This document shows positions 16,486 to 22,318 of a DNA stretch of 22,318 nucleotides, in pieces. A program made the translations under genes and the position numbers. The stretch is from the NCBI GenBank assembly GCA_046757665.1, contig JBHHYO010000046.1, positions 1 to 22,318 of the forward strand, written 5' to 3'. Below the pieces are notes generated by a model. That model ran no database searches and was not told the origin of the DNA. It worked only from the letters and a program-made list of their open reading frames with translations. The first letter of the stretch is position 1; every line of letters starts with the position of its first letter. The DNA comes from Nitrospinales bacterium. Lineage in GTDB: Bacteria; Nitrospinota; Nitrospinia; Nitrospinales; JAJDAT01.

Positions 16486-17448
16486 ATGGCACGCGCAGAT
16501 TTACTTATAAAGTTGGTTCGTTCCGGTAGTGCTGGCGATACTTCCACTTTCAAAAAGACTGTTGAAGCCGTAATTGCAGAAGAACGGTCTAAACAGCACC
16601 ACGTTTTGGCTGAACGCCTAGGGGAAAATTTAAGACCCAATGGTTCGGATAGTTTTAAAAATAATAAAGACGACCCTGCTCGTAATCTTTTTCTCGAAAT
16701 TTTCCCATCACGACGCATGGAAGACTTGGTACTTCCCAATGCCGCAGAGAATGCTTGCCGTGAACTAATTGAAGAACAATTAAGATCTGACTTGCTTAGA
16801 GCCCATGCTCTTGAACCTCGCCATAAAGTCCTTCTGGCAGGCCCACCGGGAAATGGAAAAACCAGTTTGGCGGAAGCTATCGCTGAAGCCTTGGCCATTC
16901 CCCTTATCTCGATCAGATATGAAACCTTGATCGGAAGTTTCCTCGGTGAAACCGCCGCGCGCTTGCAACGAGTTTTTGATTATGTTCGAACTCGCCCTTG
17001 CGTCCTCTTCTTTGATGAGTTTGACACAATCGGAAAAGAACGTGGCGACACCCATGAAACCGGAGAAATCAAGCGTGTGGTCAGCTCCTTGCTCCTTCAA
17101 ATGGACTCTCTTCCCAGTTATGTGATTGTTATAACCGCAAGCAATCATCCGGAACTTTTAGACCGTGCTGTTTGGAGACGTTTTCAATTGAGGATTGAAT
17201 TACCTCAACCGGATTTTAAGCAACTCTCAGCCTGGTTTGAAAAATTCTCCAAAAAATTTGACCAGCCTCTGGGACATACCCCAAAAACACTCGCTCAGAA
17301 ATTGATTGGAATAAGCTTTGCCGAGGCGGAAGAATTTTGTGCAGATATCCTTCGTCGATATGCACTCACCCATGAACAGCAGAATGTAAAAAAAATCGTT
17401 TCTTCCTGCCTTGCTCAGTGGCAAGCCCGTTATTCAGTTAAAGATTAA
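16486..17448 (+). CDS. AAA+ ATPase, IetA-like
   Basis: Walker A GPPGNGKT, Walker B VLFFDEFD, ETGEIKRVVSSLL, ASNHPELLDRAVWRRF; directly upstream of the S8 protease; AT-rich. Confidence 0.9.
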   Translation: MARADLLIKLVRSGSAGDTSTFKKTVEAVIAEERSKQHHVLAERLGENLRPNGSDSFKNNKDDPARNLFLEIFPSRRMEDLVLPNAAENACRELIEEQLRSDLLRAHALEPRHKVLLAGPPGNGKTSLAEAIAEALAIPLISIRYETLIGSFLGETAARLQRVFDYVRTRPCVLFFDEFDTIGKERGDTHETGEIKRVVSSLLLQMDSLPSYVIVITASNHPELLDRAVWRRFQLRIELPQPDFKQLSAWFEKFSKKFDQPLGHTPKTLAQKLIGISFAEAEEFCADILRRYALTHEQQNVKKIVSSCLAQWQARYSVKD

Positions 17449-17472
17449 TAGCTACTTCCTCGGCGTTGGGAT

Positions 17473-20067
17473 ATGCCAAAAAAACCCCTTCTTATCTTTC
17501 CTAAACCCAGATTGGCTGAAAGAAAAAAGCGACGCGGTGGAGGAGGAGGCGGGGAACATCATTTTCCAAGCGTTTCTCAACAAGTCGGACGTGTTGAGCC
17601 TAAACTAACCGCCTTAAGGAAAGCTTTTGAAGCGGAACAGGCGGAGCTGACAGAGCATCCTGTTGGCATGGACCCAGAACAGGTTCTGGTTTTGGAAACA
17701 GCGGGATCAATTGAGAACTTTTTACGAGCTGTAAAAAATGTTCCCAAATTGGAGTGGCTGGCGGATGTTGAAACGGATGAAATTGACCCGGACGAATACT
17801 TTTACAAGATAAATAAGAAAGAGAAGAAACAGCCGGACAAGAAAATCAAACGCCAGCTTTTTTTGGCCATGGCCAATCAACGGGCTATGGATGAGCTTTT
17901 ATCTTTATGGGAACGATTTAAAAAAGGGAAACCTCTTGGCCGCGGGCGAAAAACTTGGGAAGATATTTTTACTCAATTGTATGATTTGCGACGCTGGGAT
18001 GTTGAGGATAGGTTACAAGAAACCGGTTTGCTTGAAGATTGGAAAGAGCGGTTAGACGCAGAAGAAGAAAACCTGCCTTTGGAAATAGAGCTTTGGTTTC
18101 GCTCAGATATTGAAAAAAGAAAACAGGCACAAAGCGTAACGGAAGCCTTATTGCTTGAAAGTGGAGGATCAATCATTGCTTCAAAAATTATTGAAGACAT
18201 TAATTACCACGCGATTTTAGCCGAAGTTCCATCGGGATCAGCGCAAACCATAATCCAAACATCTAATGCGCGGTTAGTTAAATGCCAACAAGTCATGTTT
18301 TTTCGAGCGGTCGGCCAGTGTAAAGTCAGCCCGCCGGAAGACGAGCCGGAAGAACAAAAAGAGTCCTGTTCCATCGAATCCGATTCAATGGAAAAACCGA
18401 CAGGCGATCCCGTAGTCGCTTTGTTAGACGGGATGCCATTGGTTAACCATCAGCTTTTGGGTGGACGTTTAAAAATAGATGATCCGGATGATTGGGCTTC
18501 TACATACCAAGCCAACGAATTCAATCATGGAACGACGATGGCTTCCTTGATCGTTCACGGTGAACTCGACGAAAAAGAAAGACCTTTGTCTCGACGGATT
18601 TATGTTCGGCCTGTCATGAAACCAAATCCGTCTGACTTTCACCCTCCAAGAGAAGAAAGCATTCCTCAGGACGTTTTGTTGGTGGATTTGATTTATCGAG
18701 CCGTAAAACGAATTTTCGAAGGCGAAGAGAAAGACCAACCTGCAACCGCTCCCTCAGTAAGAGTCATTAACTTATCGCTTGGAGATCCTTCGCGTCCTTT
18801 CAACCGATTTTTAAGTCCCTGGGCAAGGTTGATCGACTGGATTTCCTGGAAATATAAAGTGTTGGTTTGTGTAAGTGCCGGAAATCAAGCTCAACCGATA
18901 GAACTGGGAATCTCCGCAAATGATTTTGAAAAATTGCCTGATGATGAAAAGGAAACCGAAATCCTCAAGGCGGTATCGGCGGATGTAAGAAACAGGCGGA
19001 TACTTTCACCGGCGGAATCAATTAATTGCGTCACCGTGGGAGCCGCTCATTGTGACGGGTCTTCTCCTAATGGTTTTGGAATGCGGGTTGAGTTTCCTCA
19101 TTCCAACGACATGCCCAGTTTGATTAATGGGTTGGGTTTGGGGTTTAGGCGTTCGATAAAACCAGATATTTTGATGCCGGGAGGACGGCAACTTTTTAAT
19201 AGCTCCCATGCGTCAAATGCAAGGTTTACGCCCGCCAACTCAAACCGATCTCCCGGTCAAAAGGTAGCGGCACCCGGCAAGATACCGGGAGACCTGTCTT
19301 TTGTTCATTACACCCGCGGAACAAGCAACGCCAACGCCCTTGCCTCAAGAGGATCGGCGCACTGTTTTGAAGTGCTGGACGAAATCCGGAAAAACGAACC
19401 AGACAAAATTCCCGAAGATTGTATAGCTCCTTTACTTAAGGCGATGGTGGTGCATGGAGCCCTTTGGGGAGAAGCCTATAATGTTTTGACAAAAAGCCTT
19501 AAGAATCCCTCGAATAGTGGCTTTTTTAAGGACATCGCAAGCCGTCATTTGGGGTATGGGATTGCTGATATAAACCGTGTAAAACAATGCACGGAAGAAA
19601 GAGCTACCTTACTGGGTTTCGGACAACTGAGAAATGAGGAAGCACATGAGTTTACCTTGCCTCTTCCTCCAAGTTTGTCTGGAACGACTGAGTGGCGTCA
19701 GCTCGTTATAACCCTTGGTTGGTTATCGCCCCTCAACCAGAATCATGGAAAATATCGACAGGCCGCTCTCTGGTTTGAACCTCCCACAGAAGAGTTAAAC
19801 ACTGACCGAAAATATGCTGGCTGGAGAACGGTACGTCGAGGCACCGTTCAGCATGAAGTCCTTGCTGGAAAAAAGGCGAGCGTGTTTTCTGACGGCGACA
19901 GCATAGTTATAAAGGTAAACTGTAGAGAGGATGCCGGTAAATTAAAAGATACTCTTATTCCCTACGGGCTTTTGGTTACTTTGGAAGTCGACGAGAGGAT
20001 TGGCATTCCCATTTATCAAGAAATTCGAGATCGTATTATCGTGCCCGTAAGGATCCCTGCCAAATGA
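17473..20067 (+). CDS. S8 (subtilisin-like) serine protease, IetS-like
   Basis: 864 aa with no signal peptide; triad VALLDG / NHGTTMAS / RGTSNA; oxyanion SAGN; VINLSLG, IKPDILMPGG, HLGYG. Confidence 0.9.
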   Translation: MPKKPLLIFPKPRLAERKKRRGGGGGGEHHFPSVSQQVGRVEPKLTALRKAFEAEQAELTEHPVGMDPEQVLVLETAGSIENFLRAVKNVPKLEWLADVETDEIDPDEYFYKINKKEKKQPDKKIKRQLFLAMANQRAMDELLSLWERFKKGKPLGRGRKTWEDIFTQLYDLRRWDVEDRLQETGLLEDWKERLDAEEENLPLEIELWFRSDIEKRKQAQSVTEALLLESGGSIIASKIIEDINYHAILAEVPSGSAQTIIQTSNARLVKCQQVMFFRAVGQCKVSPPEDEPEEQKESCSIESDSMEKPTGDPVVALLDGMPLVNHQLLGGRLKIDDPDDWASTYQANEFNHGTTMASLIVHGELDEKERPLSRRIYVRPVMKPNPSDFHPPREESIPQDVLLVDLIYRAVKRIFEGEEKDQPATAPSVRVINLSLGDPSRPFNRFLSPWARLIDWISWKYKVLVCVSAGNQAQPIELGISANDFEKLPDDEKETEILKAVSADVRNRRILSPAESINCVTVGAAHCDGSSPNGFGMRVEFPHSNDMPSLINGLGLGFRRSIKPDILMPGGRQLFNSSHASNARFTPANSNRSPGQKVAAPGKIPGDLSFVHYTRGTSNANALASRGSAHCFEVLDEIRKNEPDKIPEDCIAPLLKAMVVHGALWGEAYNVLTKSLKNPSNSGFFKDIASRHLGYGIADINRVKQCTEERATLLGFGQLRNEEAHEFTLPLPPSLSGTTEWRQLVITLGWLSPLNQNHGKYRQAALWFEPPTEELNTDRKYAGWRTVRRGTVQHEVLAGKKASVFSDGDSIVIKVNCREDAGKLKDTLIPYGLLVTLEVDERIGIPIYQEIRDRIIVPVRIPAK

Positions 20068-20122
20068 AAAGTTTAATAGCTTTCTAATGGAATAGAATCC
20101 GCAAAACGTACGACGCCGCGGG

Positions 20123-21079
20123 TCAGGCGCGTGGCGCATAGTAGGTTTTGTACCATTCGACGAATTGCCGGACGCCGGACTCGATGTTGGTCGTGGGACG
20201 ATAACCGTAGTCCGCTTTGATGGATTCAATGTCCGCCCAGGTTTCCGTCATGTCGCCCGGCTGTTGCGGCAGGTCGTTGCGCACGGCCTGTTTGCCCAGG
20301 CACCGCTCGAGCGCCTCGATGTAGGTTGCCAGCTCCTCGGTGCGGTCACTGCCGATGTTGTAAATGGCGCAGGGTTTGGGATGGTCCAGCGCCAGGGTGA
20401 CGCCTTGAACGATGTCGTCGATGTAGGTGAAATTGCGTTTCATCTTGCCGTGGCCGTAAACGTCGATGGGGTCGCCGGCGAGGATTTTTTTAGTGAAGAT
20501 GAACAACGCCATGTCCGGCCGCATCCACGGGCCATAAACGGTGAAGAACCTCAACCCCGTCACCGGCAGGTTGTAAAGGCGGCTGTAAGTGTAGGCGGTG
20601 AGCTCGTTCGACCGCTTGGTCACGCCATAATAGGAAATGGGGGTGTCGGCCCGGTCCTTTTCCGAAAACGGGATTTCCCGGGTGTCGCCGTAAACGGAGG
20701 ACGACGAAGCGTAAACAAAATTATCAACCTTGTGCTCCCGGGCGCATTCGATGATATTCAAAAACCCTTCGAGGTTGGATTTCTGGTAGGCAAAGGGATT
20801 GATCAGCGAATAGCGGACGCCGACCTGGGCGGCCAGATGGCAGATGCGGCTGATGCGATACTCGGCGAACAGCTCCCGTAACGCCCCGCGGTCGCACAGG
20901 TCCATCTCCCGGAAGCTGAAATCGGCCCGGCCGGCGATCTGTTTGATCCGGTCCCTTTTCAAGCGGACGTCGTAATAGTCGTTGAAATTGTCGAAGCCGA
21001 CGACCCGGTCGCCGCGTTCCAGCAGTCTGGCGCATAAATGAAAACCGATAAACCCGGCGGCTCCGGTTACAAGAATCAT
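20123..21079 (-). CDS. NAD-dependent nucleotide-sugar epimerase (UDP-glucuronate 4-epimerase-like)
   Basis: VTGAAGFIG, HLAAQVGVRYS, YASSSSVYG, YGVTK (YxxxK), LRFFTVYGPW.RPDMA. Confidence 0.9.
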   Translation of the reverse strand: MILVTGAAGFIGFHLCARLLERGDRVVGFDNFNDYYDVRLKRDRIKQIAGRADFSFREMDLCDRGALRELFAEYRISRICHLAAQVGVRYSLINPFAYQKSNLEGFLNIIECAREHKVDNFVYASSSSVYGDTREIPFSEKDRADTPISYYGVTKRSNELTAYTYSRLYNLPVTGLRFFTVYGPWMRPDMALFIFTKKILAGDPIDVYGHGKMKRNFTYIDDIVQGVTLALDHPKPCAIYNIGSDRTEELATYIEALERCLGKQAVRNDLPQQPGDMTETWADIESIKADYGYRPTTNIESGVRQFVEWYKTYYAPRA

Positions 21080-21122
21080 GTTTTCCTTTCCGGGAAAATG
21101 TTAACGGTTCGTCAAAATGCTC

Positions 21123-21132
21123 TGTTATAACA
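21123..21132. promoter_or_regulatory. Perfect palindrome TGTTATAACA in a divergent intergenic region
   Basis: 10-bp perfect palindrome between the divergent epimerase and MBL starts; reads as TGnTATAAC on both strands. Confidence 0.45.
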
Positions 21133-21181
21133 TATTTTGCCGAGCCGGCGGGCGGGCGGGAAACCGCGGCTCAATCATATC

Positions 21182-21934
21182 ATGAAGATCACCATACTCG
21201 GTTCCGGCACGGCGGTGCCTTCGCTGACGCGCAACTCGGCGGGCGTTCTGGTGCAGTGCGAGGGGCAAAACAACCTGTTCGATTTCGGTTACGGCAACCT
21301 GCGGCAGTTGTTGCGCCTCGGCATCACCTATCACGACATCGACCGCATTTTTTTCACGCACAACCATCCCGACCACATGTGCGACCTGATTATTTTTTTA
21401 TTCGGCTCGCGCTACCCTAATGACCCGCGCACGAAGGACCTGCCGATCATCGCCGGACCGGGGTTCAAAAAGTTTTTTGACGGAGTGATGACCGCCTTCA
21501 AGCGCTGGCTGGAGCCGACCGCCTATAACATCGAGATCATCGAGCAGGACGAGGAAACCCGCGTCCACGTCGGCCTCCGCGTGACCAGCAAAAAGGTGAA
21601 CCATATCGAAATCAGCCGGGGTTACCGCGTGGAAGATGCGTCCGGAGCCACCGTCGCCATCTCCGGCGACACGGACTCCTGCGCCGGCATGGAGGAGTTG
21701 GGCAGGGACGCCGACCTGATGATCCTCGAATGCTCTTTCCCCGATGACCTGAAATGCGCCGGCCACCTCACCCCGCGGCTGGCGGGCCGGCTGGCGCAGG
21801 CGGCCGCCTGCAAAAAACTGTGCCTCACCCATTTCTACCCGCTCTGCGATTTGCAGGAAGTGCGAAAAGTCTGCCACGAGGAATATTCCGGCGAACTGTT
21901 CCTCGCCGAAGACCTGATGACGTTTGAACTCTGA
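21182..21934 (+). CDS. MBL-fold metallo-hydrolase, RNase Z/ElaC-like
   Basis: ITILGSGTAVP, THNHPDH (variant of HxHxDH), ISGDT, LECSF, HLTP, LTHFY. Start set at ATG 21182. Confidence 0.85.
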   Translation: MKITILGSGTAVPSLTRNSAGVLVQCEGQNNLFDFGYGNLRQLLRLGITYHDIDRIFFTHNHPDHMCDLIIFLFGSRYPNDPRTKDLPIIAGPGFKKFFDGVMTAFKRWLEPTAYNIEIIEQDEETRVHVGLRVTSKKVNHIEISRGYRVEDASGATVAISGDTDSCAGMEELGRDADLMILECSFPDDLKCAGHLTPRLAGRLAQAAACKKLCLTHFYPLCDLQEVRKVCHEEYSGELFLAEDLMTFEL

Positions 21935-22123
21935 CCCCGCAGGGGAAGTACCGACGGGTTTTCCAATTAACGTCGTATGTTATTTCCGCACGTTTGAGTT
22001 AGCGGAGGGAGGACTAACTTAATGCGCTAAGGCAGTGCGATGGATGGATTTTCCCCATTCAAAAAACTTGTCGTAGAATCTTTGCGCTTTCGGATTAGAC
22101 AATTTTAACTTTTGATTCTGCTT

Positions 22124-22318
22124 CAGTAGTGTCCGGGGAAAAACAGGAGGCATGGCTTAACCCTTTCAGCAATGAGATAATGTGATCGGTTAAAAACGTT
22201 ATCCATACTGGAGGATCAAGCCATGACCCAAGTTGGAACGGTATTTTCAGAACTGTTGAAACTTGTACCGAGATATCATTTTGACAAGGCTGTTGGCGGC
22301 TATAAAGGAGACCGATAC
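22124..22318 (+). mobile_element. Left end of a probable IS4-family element (truncated by window)
   Basis: Transposase-like ORF begins at 22223; candidate terminus CAGTAGTGTCCGG at 22124 is tentative because the other end is not visible. Confidence 0.5.
22223..22318 (+). CDS. IS4-family transposase N-terminus (DUF4372-like), partial
   Basis: GGAGG SD at 22210-22214; MTQVGTVFSELLKLVPRYHFDKAVGGYKGDRY resembles the TVFSQLL...PR..F...V..Y.GD start of these transposases; only 32 codons visible. Confidence 0.65.
   Translation, partial: MTQVGTVFSELLKLVPRYHFDKAVGGYKGDRY

Noticed and set aside
21960..22030. Possible integron attC site (TAAC...GTTAG motifs)
   Set aside because: Spacing of about 40 bp is too short, the main dyad has the wrong order (GTTAG before CTAAC), and there is no integrase or cassette array.
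22035..22085. Fluoride-riboswitch-like GATGG...CCAT segment
   Set aside because: Lacks the conserved 3' GCTRATGAC...CTAC element, and no crcB/eriC-type gene follows.
1..22318. CRISPR array, tRNA or rRNA genes
   Set aside because: No regularly spaced repeats or recognisable structural RNA genes seen by eye; intergenic gaps are short.

Overview
A GC-rich bacterial chromosomal segment from a likely diderm (it has a GT9 heptosyltransferase-like gene), interrupted by four AT-richer accessory blocks. The backbone carries an orphan OppA-type lipoprotein, a Wzx flippase, GT2 and GT9 glycosyltransferases, a DHH/DHHA1 phosphoesterase, a short degenerate ferritin-like protein, a hutG-hutU-hutI operon without hutH, a TPR protein, hemY followed by a FIST-domain gene, a nucleotide-sugar epimerase and an RNase Z-like MBL hydrolase. 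The accessory blocks are: (1) a C (controller) gene with a PvuII-type C-box, overlapping the 5' part of a probable type II restriction endonuclease gene missing from the ORF track; (2) a vapBC-like toxin-antitoxin pair with a frameshifted toxin, bracketed by 11-bp direct repeats; (3) an AAA+ ATPase plus S8 protease (ietAS-type) defence pair, with the protease gene bracketed by a 14-bp near-perfect direct repeat; (4) the start of an IS4-like transposase at the right edge. No clearly novel multi-gene system is demonstrated. The best leads are the repeat-flanked ietAS and TA cassettes, the hemY-FIST pairing, the hutH-less hut operon, the CP-motif ferritin-like protein with a structured spacer before the DHH gene, and two probable leaderless mRNAs. 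Family calls come from motif recognition by eye, not from database searches.
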